The position numbers and the translations under genes are program-made. Of a stretch of DNA of 64,000 nt, positions 29,636 through 39,200 are shown piece by piece. Below the pieces are notes generated by a model. It was not told the DNA's origin and did not search any database. It saw only the letters and a program-made list of their open reading frames with translations. Source of the DNA: Candidatus Pacearchaeota archaeon (GTDB taxonomy: Archaea > Nanobdellota > Nanobdellia > UBA10117 > JABICX01); the NCBI GenBank assembly GCA_017608025.1, contig JAFCGM010000001.1, positions 78,885 through 142,884 on the forward strand, written 5' to 3'. Each line of letters starts with the position of its first letter. Within the stretch, counting starts at the first letter, position 1.

Positions 29636-30538
29636 TTATATGCTTATTTTGTCAAAATCCTTTGCAAACTTTGAGTTTTTGAATACAGATATGGCTTCCT
29701 TTTCAAGTTCTTTTGTGTTTTTGTACCTTTGGCTGAAGTGAAGTATGTAGAGTTCTTTTGATTTGGATTTCTTTGCAAGCTTTGCTGCATCCTTGACTGT
29801 CATGTGCCCGCCTTTTTCCCTTGCCTTTTCTCTGAGCTTGTTTGAGAATGTGCCTTCTGAAATCAAAATGTTTGAGTCCTTTACAAATTCAGTAAGGTCT
29901 GGAAAGAATTCTGTGTCGAGGACTACTGAGATTTTCTTTCCTTTTTCAATATAAACAGCGTCCTTTGGTTTTATTTCCTTTCCTTCAACATTAATTGATT
30001 TTCCTTCAAGCAAAGGCTTCACTTTAGGGGTGTCTTGCAGCCCGTATTTGGTAAGAACTTTTTTGTTAAGCTTTTTTCTGTCTTTTTCCTTAAAGAAGTA
30101 AGCTACAGTAGGGATTGAGTGATTTACATTCATTCCATATATTTCATATGTTTTTTCGTCAACCACCTTGACTGGCTTTTTTGATGAAAATTCTTTTATT
30201 TTGACTTTAAATGGCAAGCCTATTTTGAATGCTTCCATTATTTCTTTGAATTTTTTCTTTGTTCCTGTTGGTCCATAGATTTCAAGAGAAGGAATTCGGT
30301 TTGATGTTGCAAGAGATTGTATTAGACCTGGAAGACCAAAAACATGGTCCCCATGCCAGTGAGTGATGAATATTTTACTGATTTTCATTGGATTTTCTTT
30401 TGCTATTCTAAACTGACGCTGAGTTCCTTCTCCACAGTCAAAGAGCAAGGACTCACCATTGTACTTGAGAAGCACTGCTACGTGATTTCTTTTTTCTGTT
30501 GGATATGCTGAGCTTGTGCCCAGAAAAACGACTTTCAT
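29636..30538 (-). CDS. rnz: Ribonuclease Z
   Basis: LGTS, FDCGEGTQRQ, THWHGDH, exosite, GHMT, HFSQRY. Confidence 0.95.
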   Translation of the reverse strand: MKVVFLGTSSAYPTEKRNHVAVLLKYNGESLLFDCGEGTQRQFRIAKENPMKISKIFITHWHGDHVFGLPGLIQSLATSNRIPSLEIYGPTGTKKKFKEIMEAFKIGLPFKVKIKEFSSKKPVKVVDEKTYEIYGMNVNHSIPTVAYFFKEKDRKKLNKKVLTKYGLQDTPKVKPLLEGKSINVEGKEIKPKDAVYIEKGKKISVVLDTEFFPDLTEFVKDSNILISEGTFSNKLREKAREKGGHMTVKDAAKLAKKSKSKELYILHFSQRYKNTKELEKEAISVFKNSKFAKDFDKISI

Positions 30539-30591
30539 TATAGTGTAGAGTAAACAGCAATTCTTTTAAAACTTGTTCTTTATTTTAATTC

Positions 30592-31131
30592 ATGAAAAAA
30601 CAAGAAGTTTCTGGGGACATTGTAAGGGGAAAGGTTATTATTGAGGATGATTTTCAAAAAGCGCAGTATCTGAACAGTAGGAGTTTTTTCGGCGAAGTAA
30701 AGGGTGGCAAAAATCCAAGATTGGAATTGTCGCTTTTTGAAGCACTTTATCTTAAGGAAGACGAAAAGTTGAGTGTCAAGAAAAATTCGAAGAAGATTTC
30801 TGTTAAGGCATTTATTGAAAAAGCAGAGAAAGTTATTGATGATTTTTATTCTAAATATTGCGTTTTCAAAGATTTAAGAACTCGCGGATACATTCTTAAG
30901 ACTGCTTTGAAATTTGGAGCAGATTTTAGGGTTTATGACAAAGGAGTCAAGCCAGGAAAGAAGCACGCTCGCTGGCTGCTTTATTGCGCTGATGAAAATG
31001 AAAAAATGACCTGGAAGCAGTTTTCTGCAATGAATCGCGTTTCACACTCAACAAAAAAAGCCCTTTTGGTCGGAATTGTTGATTCTGAAGGCGATGTTAC
31101 CTATTATGAGATTAATTGGATTCGGCCTTAA
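30592..31131 (+). CDS. endA: tRNA splicing endonuclease, catalytic subunit
   Basis: LSLFEALYL, KFGADFRVY, H, RVSHSTKK, GDVTYY..NWIRP. Confidence 0.93.
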   Translation: MKKQEVSGDIVRGKVIIEDDFQKAQYLNSRSFFGEVKGGKNPRLELSLFEALYLKEDEKLSVKKNSKKISVKAFIEKAEKVIDDFYSKYCVFKDLRTRGYILKTALKFGADFRVYDKGVKPGKKHARWLLYCADENEKMTWKQFSAMNRVSHSTKKALLVGIVDSEGDVTYYEINWIRP

Positions 31132-31232
31132 TTTCTTTTAGTGGAGGTTTTCTTTTTAAGAAAAAGTCCTATGAGATTAATTGGATTCGGCCTTAATTTC
31201 TTTTAGTGGAGGTTTTCTTTTTAAGAAAAGTC
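31105..31232 (+). repeat. 65-bp tandem duplication of the endA 3' end plus a minus-strand short family-A element
   Basis: tatgagattaattggattcggccttaa tttcttttagtggaggttttctttttaagaaaa repeated at 31105 and 31170. Confidence 0.9.
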
Positions 31233-31246
31233 TTAGTTTTGTAAAC

Positions 31247-31513
31247 TTAATTAATATCTTCTTTTTCTAAGTAATTGCTAAGGTCATAGTCATCAACAGG
31301 TTCTTCTGGGGTGTAAACAATTTCAACTTCCTCATCTTTGGTTTTAAGATGAACTGGCAGAGTTCCATTTATGTAATTAAGAACTTCAGAACTTGCATTA
31401 TAATTAGGCGTGTTGGAAGAAGTTTTTTCTAGTTGTAATTGTTCTCCCCGAGACCTTATTTCATTTCTTATGTCGAAAAGTTTCTCAAGTTCAAGTTTTT
31501 CCTTGTTTTTCAT
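31247..31513 (-). CDS. Hypothetical protein
   Basis: 88-aa ORF, no recognised motif. Confidence 0.55.
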   Translation of the reverse strand: MKNKEKLELEKLFDIRNEIRSRGEQLQLEKTSSNTPNYNASSEVLNYINGTLPVHLKTKDEEVEIVYTPEEPVDDYDLSNYLEKEDIN

Positions 31514-31572
31514 AAAATACTAATCCAAAGAATTTCTTTAAATAAAAAGATTATTAAAATAAAGAAAAGGAA

Positions 31573-31920
31573 TTATCCCCAGAACTCATGTGTTACTTTT
31601 ATAGGTTTTCCGTCTGTGGAATAAATTTCTATTGGATACATCAAACCAAGATCTTCAAGCTCTTTTGCTGTTCTATTTATCTTTGATATATTTTCTTGAT
31701 TTAATCTTTTTTGTGTGAGATTATGAATTTTGTTTATTAAACTCACATTTTTAGAATCATATTTAATTGTTGCAATATCTCCGATTGTTAGTTCAGAGCA
31801 AGCAGGGCAAGAATACTCTTCTGTTTCTGCTTTACATTCTGCTGGCTTTTCTTTTGTTATGTTGCTGTTTTTTATATATCTAAATTCTTTTTTTGGTGTT
31901 AGTGCGCCTTCAAATAACAT
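31573..31920 (-). CDS. Hypothetical protein with CxxC
   Basis: 115-aa ORF, GGAG SD upstream. Confidence 0.55.
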   Translation of the reverse strand: MLFEGALTPKKEFRYIKNSNITKEKPAECKAETEEYSCPACSELTIGDIATIKYDSKNVSLINKIHNLTQKRLNQENISKINRTAKELEDLGLMYPIEIYSTDGKPIKVTHEFWG

Positions 31921-32029
31921 TTTTTTCTCCCATTAACTTTAAGGTAGTTAATACAGGATTTTCTATTTTATTTTGTGTTTATAAATATTTTGTTTTATGA
32001 TACTTTGTGATATGTATTTCAGAAAGAGA

Positions 32030-32911
32030 TTATTGTTCTATTTTTTCCCGAGCTCTTGAGAATACACTTTCTATTCTATCAGATAAATCTGTGTTTTCCT
32101 TTTCTTTTTGATAAGACAGAATTTGCATATATTCTGAATTAGCGCGCATAGAGTAGAAATCATTTCCTGTTTCCTTAGCAATTATTGATAGAGCGTTTGC
32201 ACCACTTAATCTTTCCTCAAGCGCCAAAACTTTTGAACCTACAACTTCGTATGCAATGGAAGATATTTTTTTATTTTTGCGCCATCTTTCAAGCCAGAGA
32301 AGTCTTTTTTCTTTTTTTGTTTCTTCAGGCAGAGAATTGTCTCTGCTGATTTCTATAGCTATTTTCCTAGCGTATTTTCCAGCGTAGCTTATTATATCTG
32401 CACAGACTTTTTCAGAAAATCCGTATTTTTCTCCAAATTCAAGAGCCATTGAATAAAATCGCATGCTAATATTATATGCATTAACTAAGTTCTTAGTGTT
32501 GCCTGTTTTTTTGAATTTATCCCTATACTTTAAAATTTCTTTCTTGTATTTTCTTTTACAGCTTTCTACCAATGCTTTGCTTATTAAATCCCATAGTTCA
32601 GCTGTTTCGCTGTCTTCTGCTACCAAAGCCATGTATCTTGCTGCTTTTGCAGCATTTCTCTTGGAGTAATTCTCAGAAATTCGCGCTTCAAATGTCCTGT
32701 ATGATTTTAGCAAAGATATATTTTCTTTAAAAGCATTATATACTCGCTCGATTGTTTTTTGAGAAATTTCTTCCTTGTTGTCTTTGCAGAAAAACGGCCA
32801 AGTTGATTTGTTGAATTCTATTATGCTTTCTAAATCCTTTTCTTTCTTTTCAAATTTATCTAACAAAAGAATTAGTTTTTTTTCAGTTTCATTCATTATG
32901 AATTTAATCAT
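32030..32911 (-). CDS. Hypothetical helical protein
   Basis: 293-aa ORF with helical-repeat-like composition. Confidence 0.7.
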   Translation of the reverse strand: MIKFIMNETEKKLILLLDKFEKKEKDLESIIEFNKSTWPFFCKDNKEEISQKTIERVYNAFKENISLLKSYRTFEARISENYSKRNAAKAARYMALVAEDSETAELWDLISKALVESCKRKYKKEILKYRDKFKKTGNTKNLVNAYNISMRFYSMALEFGEKYGFSEKVCADIISYAGKYARKIAIEISRDNSLPEETKKEKRLLWLERWRKNKKISSIAYEVVGSKVLALEERLSGANALSIIAKETGNDFYSMRANSEYMQILSYQKEKENTDLSDRIESVFSRAREKIEQ

Positions 32912-32980
32912 GCAGTAGTAGATTTTTAACTTTTTATATATGCCAGAAATCTTTTTAATCTAACATTTCTTAAAAAGAAC

Positions 32981-34438
32981 ATGAAAGATGAGGATTTTGC
33001 TTCATTTGCAAAGAAGAATCATTTTATTTGGGGTCCTGAGCCAGAAATTTACGGAGGTTCTGCAGGACTTTACTCTTACGGCCTTAATGGAAAGCTTTTG
33101 AAGAACAAAATTGAGAATCGTTTTCGGGAAATTTTCATTTTAAATGATTTTTGGGAAATTGAAACTCCTTTGATTACACCAGAGGCGGTTTGGAATGCTT
33201 CGGGACATTTGGAGAAATTTGTTGACAAGATTTTAGTTTGTTCAAAATGCAATTCAATGGTTCGGGCAGACAATTTTATTGAGAAGCAGCTCAAAATTGA
33301 TGCTTCATCTTTTACTGACAAAAAAATTCTTGAAACTGTGACAAAGAAAAACCTTAAGTGCCCTCGATGCAATGGGAGGTTTCTAGAGGAAGTTCGGCAT
33401 TTTAATTTGATGATGAAAACAAATCTTGGATTTGAGGATGCTTATATAAGGCCTGAGACAGCAACAACAACTTATCTTCCATTTAAGAATTTTTATGATT
33501 TTTTTAGGAAAAAGCTTCCTTTTGGTGTTTTCCAGATCGGAAAGGCTTTCCGTAATGAGGTTTCTCCGAGGCAGAACATTTTGAGAATGAGAGAATTCAC
33601 TCAAGCAGAGGCGCAGTTGTTTATTTTTGAAAACGAGAAAAACAAGTTTTCCAAAATTAAAAACATTCTTGAAGAATCTCTGCCTTTAATTCCAGTAAAA
33701 GCAAGAAAAAAGAGGAATGCAACAATAAAGCAGGCGTTAAAAGAGAAATGGATACTGAACAAGGCTTTAGCATGGGCAATCTGGCTTTCTTATGAATATG
33801 CGCTTTCTCTTGGGATTCCAAAGAATAGAATTAGGTTTCGGCAGCATGCAAAAGAGGAAATGGCTCATTATGCAGAAGATGCATGGGACTTGGAAGTGAG
33901 GACAGAAAATTATGGCTGGATTGAGGTAATTGGAAATCATGATCGAGGAAATTTTGACCTGAAGCAGCACGGAAAGTTTTCGGGTCAGAATATGAGTGCA
34001 GAAGGCAAGGTTCCTGGAATTGTTGAAATAGCAGCAGGAATTGACAGGCTTTTTTTCTGCCTTATTGAGAATTCATATGTTTCTGAAAATGTTAATGGAA
34101 GAAAGAGAGCTGTTTTGAAGTTCAAACCCAAGGTTGCGCCGATTCAGGCAGCTGTTTTTCCACTTCAATTAAAGGACAAACTGCCAGAACTTGCAAGAAA
34201 GATTTATTTAGATTTGAAAAATTTTTTTCCAGGATTTACAATTATTTATGATGAAGCAGGAAGCATTGGAAAGAGATACAGGAGAATGGATGAAGTTGGA
34301 ACTCCGTTCTGCATTACAATTGACTATGATTCTTTGAAAGATAAGGATGTTACGATTCGAGATAGAGATTCAATGAAGCAGAAACGAGTTAAAATTATAG
34401 ACTTGCCTGCGGTCTTGAGTGTTGGTTTGAGTAAATAA
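32981..34438 (+). CDS. glyS: Glycyl-tRNA synthetase, archaeal/eukaryotic dimeric type
   Basis: EIYGG, ASGHLEKF.D, RPETA, GKAFRNEVSPRQ..LRMREFTQAE, SIGKRYRRMDEVGTP. Confidence 0.95.
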   Translation: MKDEDFASFAKKNHFIWGPEPEIYGGSAGLYSYGLNGKLLKNKIENRFREIFILNDFWEIETPLITPEAVWNASGHLEKFVDKILVCSKCNSMVRADNFIEKQLKIDASSFTDKKILETVTKKNLKCPRCNGRFLEEVRHFNLMMKTNLGFEDAYIRPETATTTYLPFKNFYDFFRKKLPFGVFQIGKAFRNEVSPRQNILRMREFTQAEAQLFIFENEKNKFSKIKNILEESLPLIPVKARKKRNATIKQALKEKWILNKALAWAIWLSYEYALSLGIPKNRIRFRQHAKEEMAHYAEDAWDLEVRTENYGWIEVIGNHDRGNFDLKQHGKFSGQNMSAEGKVPGIVEIAAGIDRLFFCLIENSYVSENVNGRKRAVLKFKPKVAPIQAAVFPLQLKDKLPELARKIYLDLKNFFPGFTIIYDEAGSIGKRYRRMDEVGTPFCITIDYDSLKDKDVTIRDRDSMKQKRVKIIDLPAVLSVGLSK

Positions 34439-34507
34439 GGCCTTTATAAATTTGTTTTTAGCAGTCCGCAAATTTTTATAAGTGCGAATTTCAAAGAAAA
34501 AATTAAG

Positions 34508-34705
34508 ATGAAAAACCAAATTTCTATTGAAGATTTTTTAAGAGCAAAAGAGATTGCACAAAAACAGAAGACTTTGAAAGATGAGATGCCAGACGTTGAT
34601 AAAATTGCTGAATACATAAACAGCGAAAATTATACTCCTTTTGAAAGAAATAGAAAACTGCTTCTTCCAAAAATTAGTAGAAATTACAAATTAGATGAAT
34701 TTTAA
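34508..34705 (+). CDS. Hypothetical protein
   Basis: 65-aa ORF with upstream TTTTATAA; ends inside the first repeat copy. Confidence 0.5.
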   Translation: MKNQISIEDFLRAKEIAQKQKTLKDEMPDVDKIAEYINSENYTPFERNRKLLLPKISRNYKLDEF

Positions 34706-34975
34706 CTCATATAATATTTTATGGTGCAGTCTGTCTCGCCCAGACTGTGCGGCAGCGACCAAATTCTGGTTGAAGGTCACTTTTATATGAATTTTAACTC
34801 ATATAATATTTTTTGATGCTCTGAAAGTTTTGTGGTCCTCCTAGCCGAGAGACCCAGGCTGGCGACGAATGTTGGTAATGAAAAGTCGCTTAAATATACA
34901 ATTTCATTAAGATTATTCAAATTCAGTTAGATGAATTTTAACTCATATAATATTTTTTGATGCTCTGAAAGTTTT
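34691..34975 (+). repeat. Three copies of the 3' end of gene 34927-35208 separated by two family-B hairpin inserts
   Basis: Copies start at 34691, 34783 and 34927; 45 bp identical between 34787-34831 and 34931-34975. Confidence 0.9.
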
Positions 34976-35208
34976 ATGTTGAGAAGCTTTTTTGCAAACA
35001 AGACAATGTCCTCTTCATCTTTTTCAACATAGCCGTCTTTGTAGACTGTTTTTAATATTGTTTTGTATATGTCCAGGCGGTTGGCATTTTCAGGTAGCTT
35101 TGCAAGCTCTGACAGAATTTCATCTTCCTGATCTGAGATTTTCCTGTCATTGTCTTTTGCTTCCTTTTCAATTAGGTTCATTATTTCAATTACATTAGGC
35201 AGTTTCAT
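34927..35208 (-). CDS. Small hypothetical protein, TerB-like
   Basis: Two D..I/V...EE.I motifs reminiscent of TerB-like helical bundles; coupled to the M50 gene. Confidence 0.6.
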   Translation of the reverse strand: MKLPNVIEIMNLIEKEAKDNDRKISDQEDEILSELAKLPENANRLDIYKTILKTVYKDGYVEKDEEDIVLFAKKLLNIKLSEHQKILYELKFI

Positions 35209-35810
35209 AAAATCCCTCCGATTAGATTAAAGAGCGAGATAATAACTTTTGAACCGTCCAGAGGAGGAATTGGCAACATATTTAGTATGAAAAGCCAGAT
35301 GTTTATTCTTTTTGTAAGGTAGAGAATTCTTTTCCATTTTGATGAAAGCTTTGCATATTTTAGGGTGAGGATTGCGCCAGTGAAGAGAAGAAGGTTTGCA
35401 AAAGGGCCTGCAAATGAGATAATGAATGTTTGCCAAGGAGTTGTGTTTGCTGCGACGATTTGGACATAGCCAGGAATAAAAAAGATTATTCCAGAGCCAA
35501 TTGCTCGGAGAACAATTCCGATAGCAAGACCAAACAAGCTCATATTGTAGAAAGCAGGAATGCCTAAGGCAAGTGAAGCGAATTTATGGAAAAGTTCATG
35601 CAGGATTATTGCAGGTATGCCTATCATTGCAGCCATTTTAAATTCTTCAACATCAAACAATGAAAGGCTTGGTTTGAAAACTCCAGGCCGGATTTGTTTG
35701 AAGAACTGCTTTTTCGGGACAAAGGCAGTGAAGATATAGCTTATTGCTAAAGCAGTTATAGCAATAGCAAATATTTCTGCAAAGCTTGTTATCTGGTTCA
35801 AAGGAAGCAT
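35205..35810 (-). CDS. M50-family (site-2) membrane metalloprotease
   Basis: HELFH, AGPFAN, NMLPIPPLDG. Confidence 0.92.
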   Translation of the reverse strand: MLPLNQITSFAEIFAIAITALAISYIFTAFVPKKQFFKQIRPGVFKPSLSLFDVEEFKMAAMIGIPAIILHELFHKFASLALGIPAFYNMSLFGLAIGIVLRAIGSGIIFFIPGYVQIVAANTTPWQTFIISFAGPFANLLLFTGAILTLKYAKLSSKWKRILYLTKRINIWLFILNMLPIPPLDGSKVIISLFNLIGGIL

Positions 35811-35915
35811 GCTTAAGATTAGGCGTACTTCTTTTTAATAGTTTTTCTTATTAATCAGTAACTACTATATTAGAGTGATGCAAATTTTTTAAATAACGTA
35901 ATACTAATTAATTGT

Positions 35916-36212
35916 ATGAGACTTGCTAAAAACAAACTGCTTTTGTCTGTTACAGCTATTGCTGTTCTGGGAATTGTTGCAACAACGATTTTTGTTTTCT
36001 CCAATTCAGAGTCTGGAGAATGTATTTTAGATTCAGATTGTGTTTCTGCTTCCTGCTGCCATGCAACAAGCTGTGTTCCAAAAGCAGAGGCGCCTGACTG
36101 CAGCACTGTTTTTTGCACCCAGGAATGCGTTCAAGGAACCCTTGACTGCGGACAGGCAGAGTGCAAGTGCGTAAGAGGAGAATGTGTAATAGAGCAGGAG
36201 ACTGAATTATGA
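35916..36212 (+). CDS. Small membrane-anchored/secreted Cys-rich protein (12 Cys)
   Basis: N-terminal TM then EC..DSDCV.ASCCHATSCV...CTQEC...CG..EC.CV.GEC. Confidence 0.75.
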   Translation: MRLAKNKLLLSVTAIAVLGIVATTIFVFSNSESGECILDSDCVSASCCHATSCVPKAEAPDCSTVFCTQECVQGTLDCGQAECKCVRGECVIEQETEL

Positions 36213-36263
36213 ACAATGAAATAATTTCCAAAAATAAAATTAATATTTTAATAGGAGTGTTTA

Positions 36264-39200
36264 ATGGCTGACAAAAAAATTCAAATAAGTGTATCAATAG
36301 CTCTTGTATTAAGTATTTTATTCGTATTTAGCCCTTCTTTTACTGGTTTTCTTATATTGGAAGGAGAATCTGAAGATATGCAGGAAAACCTAGTGCAGGA
36401 TATGCTTAAGATTTCATTTTCAGACTCTAAAATTATTGATTGGCAGCCAACTCTTTCTGAAAACCAGTACATATCTGCTGTAGGTGTAAGTGGAGAATAT
36501 TCTGGTAGCGGTAATTTTCAAGTTTATCTTGTTGACAGAAATGAAGAATATCTTTTATTTAAAAGCTCTGACTTAAAGGTATCACCAATAACTGGATTCT
36601 TAGTAAAGGATAATCACCCAGTAAATAAGAATAAAGAAAAAACTAAAGAAAAGTTAATTTTTGAATCAGAGAAAAAAGAAGTTGAATCAGTTTATGAAAA
36701 TAGCTCTGAAGAAAAATCTGAAACTTCTGAGTCAGAAATTATAATTGAAAACAAAATAAATGAATCAACAATTATTCCCGAGGAAAACCAAACAATTAAA
36801 GAACCAGAAGAAAACATAACAACTAAAATTAATGAAAGTTATTCAGCAAATCAAACAATTGTAAACGAAGAACAAAATCAAACTATTGAAGAACCAAAAT
36901 CTATTGAACTTGAAAATCAAACAATTGAACATCCAGAAAATGAAACAATTGAAGAAGAGTTTGCATTTTCATTTAAAGAATTATATTTTGTTGAAATATC
37001 AAACACAAATCTAAAATTAAGAATAGAAACAGATGGAGATGTTAATGGAGTCATTTCTTCAATAACATATAATGTGAAAGATTTACCTGAGCAGATTAAA
37101 AATGAAACAATAGAGCAGTTACTAGTTCCTGAAAATCAAACCATCCAAAACAAAGAGATGTTTGAAGTTATTATTGTTCCAAAATCTAAAGAATTTGTTT
37201 TAGAACCAGTATCTGCGCATAAATCTGATTTTGCAATACAGGAAAATAATACTAAATTCTCAAAGCATGATTTTGTTAAGCTGGACAAGGAAGTTATTAA
37301 AGAACTTGAAAATAAAGGTGTTGAAGTTGATAGTGTTTTAAAAGAAAAAAAAGTTGCTAAAAATGTAAGCATGAAAGCAGCAGAGTTTAAGGATTCAGTT
37401 AAGATTATTGGAAAATACAGAAACACAAAAGCAGTAATTGCAGAAGTTACTGCAGATGAGCTTTTGGCACTTGAAGATAATCTTGATATTGAAAAAGTTT
37501 ACACAACATCACAGACACTTTATCATGCGCTTTTGCAGGATTCAGTTGGAATAATAAATGCAACGCAAACATATGCAATTCAAGTTAATGAAACGAATAT
37601 AACTGGAGCAGGACAGGTTGTCTGCGTAATTGATTCTGGAATTGATTATACGCATCCAGACTTTTGGGGAAACTATTCAGCAATAAATATATCAGAAACA
37701 TTTAATGTTACATCTGGCTATGTTTATTACAACAGCACAAATGTTTCACACACGATTTTTTTAATTAACTCTTCAGCACTTTCAATAACAGAAAACTACA
37801 CTATAGAATTTTCATTTGATAATTCAACATGGTTTAATGACACTGAAAAATGGCAACCACCTTATTATAATAATACAACTCTTTACTATAAAATAAACAC
37901 TACATTATTTTCAGCAAATAACTCTATTGTAACAATCTCAGGAATTTCTGTTTTTATTGCAGTTGAACCGAAAATTATTGGCGGATATGATTTCTCAAAT
38001 TCAGATAATGATGTTTTAGATGACCACGGACATGGAACTCATGTTGCCGGAATAATTGCTGCAAACGGCGGAATCAAAGGAGTTGCACCTGATGCAAAAC
38101 TTGTTATTGTCAAAGTTCTGGATTCTGCAGGAGGAACATCTAGCTCTGTTTTCAGGGACGGATTTTATTACTGCGCAAATTACTCAAACACGCACAGTGA
38201 AAATATATCAGTAATTAGTGTAAGCATTGGAAGCGATAGCACTTATTCCAGCTACTGCGATAATTCAGATACAACAATTTTTCCTGCAATTGATTATACT
38301 GTAACAACAAAGCAAATTCCTTTAATTATTGCAACAGGAAATACGAATGGAGCAGAGACAAATGCAACAAGCGGAATATCTTCACCATCTTGTTTTGAGA
38401 ATGTGTCGCGCGTATCTGCAACAGACAAGAGTTTGTATATGGCAGGTTATGCTTTTAGGCATAAAATATTTACAGACATAATTCTTGCTCCAGGAAGCTC
38501 AATAAATTCAACATGCATGAATGGGGAATATTGTTTTAAATCAGGAACCTCAATGGCAACACCGCATGTTGCAGGCGTAATTGCTCTTATGTCGCAGAGC
38601 TATGAACTGAGTGAATCTTCAAAAACTCCTGCAGAAATTGAGCAGGTTCTTCTTGACTCTGGATTTTCAATTTATGATTCAGCTTCTGGGTCAAACTACA
38701 CTTTTGTTGATGCTTATGCTGCTGTGAATTCGGCTCCGACAATCGATTTCTGGCAGATAAGGACAATGAACGGCTCAAGACAGATTTCAATTTACAACAA
38801 TTCACTAGGAGTTCAGCAGATTGATGCTTATATTAACAATGAGACAAATTCTTGGTTTGATGTAAATGCTTCAGATGTTAATTCAGACACCTTAAGTTAT
38901 TACTGGATTCTTGATGGAACAGCCATAAACAGCAATCTAGCAAACTTTTCTGGATGTTTTGAAGCCAGCGACGAGGGAAACCACACTTTGAATCTGACTG
39001 TTTCAGACAGCATAGTTAACACAACAATTGAATTCAATCTGACAGTTCATCCAGATATTGCAAGTTCAGTTGAGAGGTATTTTGAAACAGGAGATCTGAT
39101 TAATTTCACTTTCACTGGCTCTGGAAGGAATTCAACTGCTGCTTGGTATGACAACTCAACAGCAAATATTTCTTTGACAGAGATTAACGATACTGATATT

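Noticed and set aside
34728-34891. Integron attC sites
   Set aside because: No RYYYAAC/GTTRRRY ends, no cassette ORFs between the elements, no integrase.
34691-34975. Mini CRISPR array (three repeats, two spacers)
   Set aside because: The repeats are a gene 3' end of unequal length, the spacers are related hairpins, and no cas genes are present.
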